In this document: in pieces, positions 30,308 through 39,903 of the stretch | How the letters are laid out: each line of letters opens with the position of its first letter | How positions within the stretch are numbered: the stretch's first letter is position 1 | DNA from: an uncultured Spirochaetota bacterium | GTDB taxonomy: Bacteria; Spirochaetota; Spirochaetia; SZUA-6; Fen-1364 | Direction of reading: 5' to 3' | Length of the DNA stretch: 64,000 bases | Assembly (NCBI GenBank): GCA_963745235.1 | Contig: CAVUXE010000099.1 | Span: forward strand, 165,431 to 229,430 | Translations under genes and position numbers: made by a program | Notes under the pieces: generated by a model | Databases searched by the model: none | What the model saw: the letters and a program-made list of their open reading frames with translations, nothing else | Told to the model about the DNA's origin: nothing

Positions 30308-32730
30308 CTATTTCGTCGGCTCATCCGCATAGAAACGTGTCCGCCGGGCCAGGCGCGTCCCGTTCCACCACCGTTTGAAAAGCGGAACCGTGAAGGAATC
30401 CAGCCCGAATGCCCTGCCCGCTCCGCCCATCATGAGGATTGCCGCGAAGACGAACCACAGCTGGTTCCAGGCGAACATGCCGGAGAGAGTGAAGATGATG
30501 CACAGCCCGATGGAGGCAACGGCGGCAAACCATGTGAAGAAACCGCCGAACAGGGCGAGCCCGATCAGCAGCTCCATCATCACGATCATGACCTGGAACA
30601 CGCTGTAGTGGAGGTGGGAGAAGATCCCGTCCATGAACGTGTGCCGGAACCACGTCACGAGGCCGGAGGCCGGATCCAGGATGTTGTGCGTAGTGTCCAG
30701 CCAGGGCCCCTGGACGGCATGGGCCTGGGCCACGGCATGAGCCGGCGCGGCAGAAGCCGCGGACGCCGCGGCGGCAGCGCCGGAGGCGGCAGCGCCGGAG
30801 GAGGCAGCGGCGGCGTTGGATGCGGCCCCTGCTGCAGCCGAGGCACCCGACACTGCAGCAGCACCGGCCGCGGGAGCCGCCGCCTGTCCGGCAGCCTGCG
30901 TCGCGGCGCTGGTTGCCGCGGCGGCAGCCGCCGAGGCGCCGGAGGTAGCAGCCGTTGCGGCCGTGACGCCGCTTGTCGCGGCAGCGGCACCGGAGGAGGC
31001 AGCGGCGGCGTTGGATGCGGCCCCTGCTGCGGCCGAGGCGCCCGACACGGCGGCAGCGCCGGCCGCGGGAGCCGCCGCCTGTCCGGCAGCCTGCGTCGCG
31101 GCGCTGGTTGCCGCGGCGGCAGCCGCACCCTGCGTTGCGGCCGGAGGCCTGCGGCGCCTGCCTGGGCGACAGCAGCGCCTGCCTGGGCACCCGAAGGTGC
31201 TGCGCTCCCCGCCTCAGCGCCCTTGACTCCCGCCTGGATGACGCCGGGTGAGAACATCCACCCCGTCTTGCTCTGACCGGTGCAGAAATCCAGCCAGCCC
31301 TCGGTCATCTTGTTCGTGGCCTCCACCACCCACATGAATCCGAGCCACACGCGCAGCAGCAGCGGCCAGTACCCGCGCACCTTGTAGGCGGCCAGGCCGC
31401 CGATGAAGGAGCGCTGGTTCTTCACGTCCAGGAACTCGTGCTTGACATATTCCCAGACCTGGTTCACCCCCGCAACGGTGAACAGGTGCACGATGTTGAT
31501 CATGTGCTTGACGCCGATTGCGAAGATCCCCGTAAGGGATATCCCCATGACGTGCGCCACGCCGGAAAAAGCGCCCAGGGAGACCATGATGCCGTGGTAG
31601 CTCGAGTGGAACGCCTTCATCTGCCCGTGCTCGATGTCGGCCACGATGTTGTGGGCGGCAGTCTCCCCCGTCTGCACCGCGGTCTCCACGATCTGCGGAA
31701 GCACCTTGCCTCCCTCCAGGTACCACGAGACATCGCCGACCACGTACACGTTCGAGTAGTCCACGGACTGCATGTATTCGTTGACGAGCAGCCTGCCGCG
31801 CTTGCCGACCACGTACTGATCCGGGGAGAAAGTGCAGTTCTTGACTCCGCACGTGCTCTGCGTGGCGGAGAAGCGGCAGGCACGGTTCACGCACCTCCCC
31901 TTGGTGAGCGCAAGGTTGCCGGCGAACTCCCGGCCCTGGATTCCGCAGGTCCAGATGAACGTCCTGGTCGGAATGGATGCGTTCCCGGCAAGGAGAACTT
32001 TGCCGTCCTCCGCTCCCACGATGGGTGAGCGGAGCATGATCTCCACGCCCCTGCGCTCCAGGTAGCGCCTTGCCTTTTCCTGGAGCCTCGGGGGGAGATT
32101 CGGAAGGATCCACCCCAGTGCCTCCACCACGATGATCCGCACCTCGCTCTCGTCGATGTGGTAGGCCTGGCACATGACCTTCCTGTGGTCCTTGAGCTCG
32201 CCCGCAACCTCGATGCCGGTGAAGCCGGCGCCCGCCACCACGAACGTGAGAAGCTCCGCGCGCTTGCGGGCGTCCTTCTCCGAGGCGGCCTGTCGGAAGA
32301 CGTCCTCGATGTGCGGTCGCAGCCGCAGGGCGTCCTCGAAGGACCAGAGCATGAACGCGTTCTGGCGAACGCCGGGCAGGCCGAAGTCCTCCGGCTCCGC
32401 GCCGACGCCGATCAAGAGGTAGTCGTAGTCATAGCTTGCCGCGTCCGAGACGAGCTTCCGCGCCTCGAAGTCGATGGTCCTGATCCTGTCCGCGACCACC
32501 GCAACCCGTGTGACGCCGAAGATCTTTCTGTAGGTGATGAGAACGGATTCCGGCTCCACGCGCCCGCACGCAACCTCGTGAAGCTCCGTCATGAGCGTCT
32601 GGAACGGGTTCTTGTCAATGAGTGTGATCTCGATGTCGCGGCGCTTGCCCAGTTTTGCATTCAGCAGCTTCGCTGCCTGAACGCCCCCGTATCCTCCTCC
32701 GAGGACAACGATGCGGGTCGTATCCGTCAT
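30308..32730 (-). CDS. ndh: Type II NADH dehydrogenase with C-terminal DoxX-like membrane domain (Ndh2-type); frameshift near 31150
   Basis: VVLGGGYGG, LMTELHEVA, VAGAGFTGIEVAGE, YVVGD; then LLRVWLGFMWVVEA..K...GW and ELLIGLALFGGFFTW...GAGRAFGLD. Confidence 0.88.
30795..31126. repeat. Near-identical ~137-bp direct repeat (copies at 30795 and 30990, 195-bp period) within an Ala/Ser/Gly-rich insert of ndh
   Basis: CCGGAGGAGGCAGCGGCGGCGTTGGATGCGGCCCCTGCTGC... occurs twice with a few third-position differences. Confidence 0.9.
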
Positions 32731-32750
32731 ATGTCTCCTTTCATTCTAGC

Positions 32751-33764
32751 TCAGGCCCTGGCAGGCGCGAAATACGACAGACAGAAAAATGCGCCGTATG
32801 CGAGATGGTGCAGCATGACGGCGGGAATGATCATGGTGCGCTGCCGGGCCGGACGCCCCATGAGGAGAAACGGCGGAACGACGAAAGGCAAGGCGAGGTA
32901 AAGGAACCACAGGCGCGGGAAGAGCCCCGCGGCAGCCAGGAGCACCGGGCTTGCGTACGCCAGGAGCAGAAGGGCGCAATACACGCGAACTGCCCGCGAA
33001 TACCCTATGCGCACCGTCAGGGTCCGTATCCCGTAGCGCGTATCAGCCTCGAAGTCCCGCATTTCATTTGTCAGGAGGATGAGGGAGACGAGAAAGCTGA
33101 CGGGGACAGAGATGACCACGATGTCCCAGGAAAACGACCGCGCAACGGCATAATAGGACCCCGAGATCATGATGATGCCCATGAGGAAAAACACAAGAGG
33201 CACCGCCAGGCCCCGCCTCTTGTAGTTCAGCGGCTCACCCGTGTAGAAGAAGCCGCCCAGGAAGCCCACGACTCCGAGGACCAGCACCGGCCAACCGGTC
33301 CGCCAGGCGATGAAAAGCCCCACCAGGCCGGCCAGGCCGAAGAGGGCAAGCCCGACAAGGAATATGAGCCATTCAAGTGTGATGCGGTCATCCCGCGAGA
33401 ACTTGAGGTTCTCCACCTTGTCGTCCACTTTTCCCTGCATGAACTCGAAGAAGTCGTTCACGAGGTTGACCCCCGCCTGCAGGGCAAGGCCGGTCACCAT
33501 GACTGCCGCGGCGTTGATCCAGTCCCCCCTGCCCGCCTGGAAGGCAAGAGCCACGCCCAGCGCGCAGGAAACGGCCGCTATCACGAGGGACGGGACGCGA
33601 AGGGCCCTCCATCCCGCTCGGTAGGAGCGCAGGTCGAAAGCAAGGGCCAGCGAGGTCCTGATGAACGCGGCAAGAGATCGTGGAGTGAGCACGAGCCAGA
33701 TGGTAGCAAACCGAGGCAAGCCCTGCAATCGGGCATCAGAAGCCGGGGAAGCCGCTCTCAGCAC
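32751..33764 (-). CDS. menA: UbiA-family prenyltransferase, MenA/DmkA-like (start uncertain)
   Basis: QAGVNLVNDFFEFMQGKVD, FYTGEPLNYKRRGL, LTNEMRDFEADTRYGIRTL; multiple TM. Confidence 0.85.
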   Translation of the reverse strand: MLRAASPASDARLQGLPRFATIWLVLTPRSLAAFIRTSLALAFDLRSYRAGWRALRVPSLVIAAVSCALGVALAFQAGRGDWINAAAVMVTGLALQAGVNLVNDFFEFMQGKVDDKVENLKFSRDDRITLEWLIFLVGLALFGLAGLVGLFIAWRTGWPVLVLGVVGFLGGFFYTGEPLNYKRRGLAVPLVFFLMGIIMISGSYYAVARSFSWDIVVISVPVSFLVSLILLTNEMRDFEADTRYGIRTLTVRIGYSRAVRVYCALLLLAYASPVLLAAAGLFPRLWFLYLALPFVVPPFLLMGRPARQRTMIIPAVMLHHLAYGAFFCLSYFAPARA

Positions 33765-33805
33765 GCGGCCTGTTCCAAGGCGAGCGTCCCTGCTATTATC
33801 GCAGC

Positions 33806-34318
33806 GTGATTGGCACCGTCGTGACTGTCGTCATCGTCTGCGCGGCGTTCTACCTCGTGTTCTACGTTTTCTTCCCCCTGGGCCGCGGAGCTATCTATGA
33901 TCCCAGCACCCATGAAGAGACCGTCACCATGGCGGACGTTGCTGCCGTTGCCGTGGGAGAGAAAGCCGCCGACCTGGGATCGGGGGACGGCCGCGTGGTC
34001 ATTGCGCTGGCGCGCCGAGGAGCAGAGGCTCACGGATTCGAGGTGAATCCCGTCCTGGTCCACCTCTCGCGCCGCAACATACGGCGGGCAGGCCTGGAGG
34101 GCCGCGCGTTCATCCACTGGCAAAGCTTCTGGCGGGCTGACCTTTCCCCCTTCGACATCGTCACGGTCTTCCAGGTGAGCTTCGTGATGGGCCGGCTGGA
34201 AACAAAGGTGAAGCGGGAGCTTTCTCCCGGGGCCCGCATTGTCTCCCACTACTGGCGGTTTCCCACCCTGCTTCCCGAGACAGCGCGGGGGGACATCTAC
34301 CGGTATCGCATCGACTGA
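33806..34318 (+). CDS. Membrane-anchored class I SAM-dependent methyltransferase
   Basis: N-terminal TM; ADLGSGDGRVV...GFEVNP; extended -10 TGcTATTAT 6 nt before GTG. Confidence 0.85.
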   Translation: MIGTVVTVVIVCAAFYLVFYVFFPLGRGAIYDPSTHEETVTMADVAAVAVGEKAADLGSGDGRVVIALARRGAEAHGFEVNPVLVHLSRRNIRRAGLEGRAFIHWQSFWRADLSPFDIVTVFQVSFVMGRLETKVKRELSPGARIVSHYWRFPTLLPETARGDIYRYRID

Positions 34319-34337
34319 AGGGATCGGGAGACGCGCC

Positions 34338-35073
34338 GTGCCCGCGGGAGCACCTGAGGATCTTATCCGGGCGTCCCGGCGCCTTGCTGCTGCCTGCGGC
34401 AGGATCAGGTTTCACGACCCGGTGCGTTACGTGTACAACCCTCTTGAGTACGCCAGCGGCGGACACGACGAGTACCTTCGCAGGTTCGGGGGCGGTTCGA
34501 AGCGCGTCGTCTTCCTTGGCATGAATCCCGGCCCGTGGGGGATGGCCCAGACCGGCGTTCCCTTCGGCGAAGTGGCATCCGTGCGTGACTGGATGGGAGT
34601 TTCCGCGCCGGTCCGTGCGCCGCGGCACATGCATCCGCGGGTCCCGATCACCGGGTTCGACTGCCGGCGGAGCGAAGTGAGCGGCTGCCGCCTCTGGGGC
34701 CTCATGCGCAATCGCTTCGGGAGCCCGCGGGAGTTCTTCCGTACCCATCTCGTGGTCAACTACTGCCCTCTTCTCTTCCTGGACGCATCCGGACGCAACA
34801 TCACCCCGGACAAGCTTTGCCCGGCAGGACAAAGAGCCCCTTCTGCGGGCCTGTGATGTCAATCTCGGCTCGGTTGTGGAAGTGCTTCAACCCTCATGGC
34901 TCATCGGCATCGGCAGGTTCGCCCAGGGCAGGCTCGAAGCGCTTCGCCAGGCCGAGGGTTGGAAAGGGATTACGATCACAGGCATTCCTCATCCCAGCCC
35001 CGCAAGCCCCCAGGCGAACCGGGACTGGGCAGGGAAGACCGCCGCCATTCTCCGGGAGGCCGGCATCTGGTGA
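34338..35073 (+). CDS. SMUG1-family uracil-DNA glycosylase (frameshift near 34820-34870)
   Basis: YVYNPLEYA, FLGMNPGPWGMAQTGVPFG, SEVSG, NYCPL, NITPDKL; HPSPASP in the second frame. Confidence 0.9.
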
Positions 35074-35128
35074 AGCATCCGGCAAAGCTTGACCGTGATG
35101 CGGCGTCGTCGCTACGTTTGATGGACGT

Positions 35129-36205
35129 ATGAAATACAGGACATTGGGCAAGACTGGTCTCGCCGTGAGCGTCGTGTCCCTGGGAACCATGCAGTTCGGA
35201 ACGAACAAGGTCGGCAACCTGGATCAGAAGGCAACGACCGCCATGGTCAGTCACGCGGTGGACAAGGGAATCAATCTCATCGACACGGCTGACATGTACA
35301 GCAGGGGAGAAAGCGAAAGCCTCCTGGGCAACGCGCTGAAAGGGATCCGCGAAGAGATCGTGCTCGCAACGAAAGTGCGGCTCCCCATGAGCGGGAACAT
35401 CATCCGCAGCGGCACGACGCGGGTGAACATCATGCGGGGGGTCGAATCCAGCCTGAAGAGGCTCCAGACGGATTACATCGACCTGTACCAGGTGCACAGC
35501 TGGGATTCCACCACGCCCCTCGAGGAGACTGTCAGGACCCTGGACGACCTGGTCCGGCAGGGCAAGACCCGTTACGTGGGATTCAGCAACTACATGTCGT
35601 GGCAGGCGGCAGCTGCCATCGACTTGCAGGAAAGGCTTGGCCTGGAGAAGTTCGTGACGGCTCAGATGTACTACAGCCTGGTGGGCCGCGGGCTGGAGCA
35701 CGAGTTCCTGTCCTTTGCGCAGTACTACGGGATCGGAATCCTGGTGTGGAGCCCCCTCGCAGGCGGCTTTCTCTCAGGCAAGTACACGCGCGGCAGCCCG
35801 CCTCCCCGAGGCACCAGGTTCGCCGAGGCCGGCGCCTTCGTTCCTATCGAGCTGGACCAGGGCTACCGGGTCATCGATGCGCTCCAGGAGGTGGCCAGAC
35901 GTCATGGGGCCACGGCGTCCAGGGTTGCCCTTGCCTGGCTTCTGGCCCGTCCCGCAATCTCAAGCGTCATCATAGCCGCCAGAACCGCCACGCACCTTGA
36001 CGACAACATTGCCAGCGTGGAGCTGGAGCTGAGCGCCGACGACATGGCGGTTCTGGATGCGGCTTCTGATCCCGGTATCCCCTACCCCCGATGGATGGTC
36101 CTTCAACACGATACGGTGGAGGACCCGCGGCTATCGACGCTGCATCCCGAGATGTTCAAGGATGGCGGTCCGTGGAAGGACCCGAGCAGGGAGTGGCGGG
36201 GTTAG
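35129..36205 (+). CDS. Aldo/keto reductase
   Basis: LGTMQFG, IDTADMYSRGESE, SLKRLQTDYIDLYQVH, WSPLAGG. Confidence 0.93.
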   Translation: MKYRTLGKTGLAVSVVSLGTMQFGTNKVGNLDQKATTAMVSHAVDKGINLIDTADMYSRGESESLLGNALKGIREEIVLATKVRLPMSGNIIRSGTTRVNIMRGVESSLKRLQTDYIDLYQVHSWDSTTPLEETVRTLDDLVRQGKTRYVGFSNYMSWQAAAAIDLQERLGLEKFVTAQMYYSLVGRGLEHEFLSFAQYYGIGILVWSPLAGGFLSGKYTRGSPPPRGTRFAEAGAFVPIELDQGYRVIDALQEVARRHGATASRVALAWLLARPAISSVIIAARTATHLDDNIASVELELSADDMAVLDAASDPGIPYPRWMVLQHDTVEDPRLSTLHPEMFKDGGPWKDPSREWRG

Positions 36206-36867
36206 AAGAATACCTCGAAAAAAACTCGTGACCCGGGAAACCGCTCATCCACGATGCTCGTGACGTCCCTGACCATCTCCCGTCTTCCGCACAGGTAGAA
36301 GTCGAGCTCACCGGGGGAGAGATCCGCTCGAAGGAAATCCGTCACCCGTCCCCGGTGCATCCAGGGTGGGCTGGATGGACCGGGCGCTTCCCGCGAAACG
36401 CAGCCAACGTACCTGAGCGCGGCTGGCTGCAGGACCTCACGGTAGTGCAGGTCCCGGACGGTTGCCGCCCCATGCAGGAGCGTAAACCCGCTGACGCCGG
36501 AACGGACCATTGACACGAACGGCGCGATCCCTGTTCCCGTCGCGACGAACACGGCAGGGCGAGCCGCGGACTGAAATGTGAAGTATCCGTGAGGTCCACT
36601 GAATGACAGGATGCTTCCGACCTCAAGGGTCGCGAGCGCGGGGGAGAAAGGACCCCTTTCCACCACCTGCACGCAGAGCGTGAGGCGAGGATCCGCCGGG
36701 CCGGAAACGATGGTATATTCCCGCTCCAGGTCTCCGCGGCGGAGCCTGATCCCCTGCCCGGGGACGAACCAAAAGCTGCCGGGCCGCTCGAGATCCAGCT
36801 GGACGGTGTCCGCGGAGAGGCGAAATATCGACAGCAGCCGGGTCGTGAACTTCCCGACCTCTGTCAC
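36202..36867 (-). CDS. FAD/NAD(P)-binding oxidoreductase (ferredoxin-NADP reductase family)
   Basis: REYTIVS, GPFS, ATGTGIAPF, FYLCG; GTG 36867 overlaps the upstream stop. Confidence 0.88.
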   Translation of the reverse strand: MTEVGKFTTRLLSIFRLSADTVQLDLERPGSFWFVPGQGIRLRRGDLEREYTIVSGPADPRLTLCVQVVERGPFSPALATLEVGSILSFSGPHGYFTFQSAARPAVFVATGTGIAPFVSMVRSGVSGFTLLHGAATVRDLHYREVLQPAALRYVGCVSREAPGPSSPPWMHRGRVTDFLRADLSPGELDFYLCGRREMVRDVTSIVDERFPGSRVFFEVFF

Positions 36868-37434
36868 GCCTGCCACGTGCTCTCGGTGACGCCGAGCAGC
36901 TTGTTGCATGCGCGGGCCACTGCAAAGAGAAGGCTGGACAGCCTGTTCAAGTACGCAATGGCGTCACCGAGCGCCTGCCCCTGTTCCGCCCCCTCGGACT
37001 CCTGGGAGCACCGCACCACGCGCCGCTCTGCCCGCCGACAGACCGCTCGTGCAAGGTGCGCCCAGGCAGCCGTGGGATGCCCGCCGGGCAGTATGAAGCC
37101 CTGCAGCGGAGGGAGCCCTGCCTCGAGCCGATCGATAACGGCCTCGAGTCGACGCGTGTCCCGCGGCCCGAACTCCGGGAGCAGGGCGGAAGCGGGAGAG
37201 CCAGAGACAGTTGCAATCCGTGCGCCGAGGCGAAAAAGGCTGCTCTGCACTTCCAGCAGATCTGTCCGCAACCCAAGGTCCTCCGGGGGCAAAGCGGCAA
37301 GGAGCGCCCCAAGAGCGCAGTTGAGCTCGTCCACGTCGCCGCACGCTTCTATGCGGCTGTGGTTCTTGCGGAACTCGTTCCCCGCTGAGAAGGCTCGTCT
37401 TGCCGAGGTCTCCTCCGCCGGTATATGCCTTCAC
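36864..37434 (-). CDS. pduO: PduO-type ATP:cob(I)alamin adenosyltransferase (frameshift near 37375)
   Basis: YTGGGDLGKTSLLSGERV, DELN, FILPGG, HLARAVCRRAER, YLNRLS. Confidence 0.9.
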
Positions 37435-37904
37435 GACTTCCTTCCTCCCGGTGAGCGTGCGTAGGTGATAAAGTCCGTATTGACCGGGATGCCGCCACCG
37501 GCCCTCAGGAGGACCGCGATCTGCCCCCGGTGATACGAGCCGTGGGTGCTGACATGAAGGATGATGTCCTCCAGCGTGCTTTCGAACCTCTCCCCTTTGG
37601 TGTTCGCGTAGCTGACAATCCTCTGCGGGCTCCCTTGATCCGCGGGACCGACAAGCCTCCTGAAGGCATCCGCATTCCTCAGGTGCAAGGCTTCGCAGTC
37701 AGCCAGGGAAAGATCAGCCCACACGGGCAGGGCGCCCCCGGGGTCGTTCCTGACCCTGCTGATCCACACCTGCTCGGCTGCCAGCACATGAGAAAGTATT
37801 TCCATCACCCGGGCGGGAAGCTGTTTCTGTGACTTCAGGGATTCGATCACCGCGCCGTCTGCCCAGACGAGGTGCTCGACAAGGCGCACCAGTGCCTCAC
37901 TCAT
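37431..37904 (-). CDS. DinB/DUF664-like metal-dependent protein
   Basis: HVLAAEQVW, LHVSTHGSYHRGQI. Confidence 0.88.
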   Translation of the reverse strand: MSEALVRLVEHLVWADGAVIESLKSQKQLPARVMEILSHVLAAEQVWISRVRNDPGGALPVWADLSLADCEALHLRNADAFRRLVGPADQGSPQRIVSYANTKGERFESTLEDIILHVSTHGSYHRGQIAVLLRAGGGIPVNTDFITYARSPGGRKS

Positions 37905-37915
37905 CCCGGGCGAGT

Positions 37916-39820
37916 CTATTCGGGCGGGAGCGGGATGTCCATAAGGGGCACCGAGGGCCCCGCTGGCTCACCGATCAGAGGCAGGTATACGCTGACAGAG
38001 GTGCCCAGCCCGACCGTGCTTTCCACGATGACAAAACCACCGAGCTGCCGGATTATCCCGTCCACGATGGAGAGTCCAAGGCCGCTCCCCTGCCCCACGT
38101 CCTTGGTCGTAAAGAACGGCTCGAAGATATGAGACATGGTGACGCGATCCATGCCGATGCCCGTGTCCCTCATCGTGATGAGCGCGTAGTCTCCCGGACC
38201 CATGTCTGCCGGCATCCCCTGGGCTTCAGGTCCGATCCTGGCGGCGTGCCCTTCGATCCATAGTCTTCCCCTGCCGCTCATGGAGTCCCGCGCGTTGGCC
38301 GCGAGATTCAGGATGACCTGCTGAAGCTGGCTCGGGTCCACATTCACCCAGATCGGCTGGTCTCCGGTCCCCAGGACCAGCTCGATCTCTCTCCCCAGGC
38401 AGTTCCTCAGCGCCTCCTCCGCGTTTCGAAGGAAATCGTTCAGGTCCCGAACGACCGGCTGGATCATCTGCTTTCTGCTGAAAGCGAGCAGCTGTCGCGT
38501 GAGGGATGCCGCCCTTTGCGCGGCGTCGTTGATCACGCCGACGCTGCGAAGCACTTCCCGTTCGTCGCCGATCCGGTGCCTGATCAGGTCGCAGAAGCCA
38601 ATGATGGCCTGGAGAATATTGTTGAAGTCGTGCGCGATCCCGCCGGCCAGCCTGCCGACCGCCTCCATCTTTTTCGCCTGGGCCACCTGCTCTTCCAGCC
38701 GTCTGCGTTCGGTAATGTCGCGCGCAACGACAATGAAATGCGCATCCGGCGAGCGATGATCTCCGATTGCAGAGATGGACGGCTCAAACCACCTCTCTTC
38801 CCCGTCAAAAAGTACCGAGTATGTTTCCCCCGTGTGCTTCCCGGACTTCACCGCTTTCGAAAGCGCTCCCATGCCGACCGCGGCGGCGTCCGGGGGAAGT
38901 ATGTCTTTCATCGTCCTGCCGACAAAGACTTCGGGCGGGGCGACGAGCCGCTCCCGATGAGGCGTGGGCAATCCATAGAAGCGGCCATCCCGGTCGACCT
39001 CGAAAAGGAGATCGGGAACCGCGTTGAGCACCGCCTCCAGGTGCGCATGGCTGTCCAGCAGCGCCAGCTCCGCGCACTTCTGCGGAGTGACGTCCATGGC
39101 AAAGCAGAGCACCGCCGGCATGCCCTCCCACGCCATCTCTCTGGCCCTGACCTCGAGCCACCTGGCCGCGCCGCCCGCGCCGAGCATCCGAAGCGTTGCG
39201 GCTTCTTCCCTGCCGTTTCCTTCCAGCGCATTCCTCATCAGCTCGAGCGATGCCTGATGATCCTCCGGATGGAACAGCGACGCGAACGGCAGGCCTTTCA
39301 GGCTCTCTTCCGAGCGGGCCACTGACCTCACCATTCCTCTGTTGATGAGCACGAGGCGGGAGTCCCGGACCACGCAGATTGCCTGCGGAGCCATTTCGAT
39401 CAGGTCCCGATATCGCTTCTCCGCATCATGGGCAGCCTTTTCAGCGAGCTCCCTTTCGTGGACCGTCCTTTTGAGCGCTCGCAGGCTGTCACTGAGCTTG
39501 CCGACGGCAACCGCGATGACCAGGTAAGCGAGGGAGGTTTCCAGCGCGGACATGATCCATACCGCGTCCAGCCCGTGGTGCCGCAGGAGGAGATACTCCA
39601 GGGAGAAAGCCAGCCGTATGAAGACTATCCCCATCAGGGCAGACAGGAACCCGGCGCGCTGACCCCATCTCCACGCAATCAGTATCAGCGGCACCGTGAA
39701 CAGGATTGCGAAAGTCTGGCCGCCGGGCAGGAAATGTATGGAGATGAGAAAACCCACAACGAAGATGGCCACGCACGACAAGGTCAGGGCCCCGTACCGC
39801 ATTGCGGGAAGCGAGGTCAT
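37916..39820 (-). CDS. Membrane PAS-PAS sensor histidine kinase (CckA/NtrB-like, no receiver domain)
   Basis: N-terminal TMs, two PAS domains, LAGGIAHDFNNIL, NLAANARD, DTGIGMD, FEPFFTTK, GSGLGLS. Confidence 0.92.
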   Translation of the reverse strand: MTSLPAMRYGALTLSCVAIFVVGFLISIHFLPGGQTFAILFTVPLILIAWRWGQRAGFLSALMGIVFIRLAFSLEYLLLRHHGLDAVWIMSALETSLAYLVIAVAVGKLSDSLRALKRTVHERELAEKAAHDAEKRYRDLIEMAPQAICVVRDSRLVLINRGMVRSVARSEESLKGLPFASLFHPEDHQASLELMRNALEGNGREEAATLRMLGAGGAARWLEVRAREMAWEGMPAVLCFAMDVTPQKCAELALLDSHAHLEAVLNAVPDLLFEVDRDGRFYGLPTPHRERLVAPPEVFVGRTMKDILPPDAAAVGMGALSKAVKSGKHTGETYSVLFDGEERWFEPSISAIGDHRSPDAHFIVVARDITERRRLEEQVAQAKKMEAVGRLAGGIAHDFNNILQAIIGFCDLIRHRIGDEREVLRSVGVINDAAQRAASLTRQLLAFSRKQMIQPVVRDLNDFLRNAEEALRNCLGREIELVLGTGDQPIWVNVDPSQLQQVILNLAANARDSMSGRGRLWIEGHAARIGPEAQGMPADMGPGDYALITMRDTGIGMDRVTMSHIFEPFFTTKDVGQGSGLGLSIVDGIIRQLGGFVIVESTVGLGTSVSVYLPLIGEPAGPSVPLMDIPLPPE

Positions 39821-39903
39821 TCACAATTCTCCTATTACGCAAAATCTTAACCCAGGTTTTGGAGAAATGCAAATGAAATCGAGAGAATAGAGTTATTTTC
39901 TCG

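Noticed and set aside
30740-31230. Repeats in ndh (and the 21-bp repeats in lptD) as a CRISPR array or mobile element
   Set aside because: In-frame coding repeats with third-position variation, no unique spacers, and no cas or transposase genes.
5159-37434. Mass pseudogenisation or programmed frameshifting
   Set aside because: Affects essential genes with otherwise intact conservation and no consistent slippery motif; sequencing error is more parsimonious.
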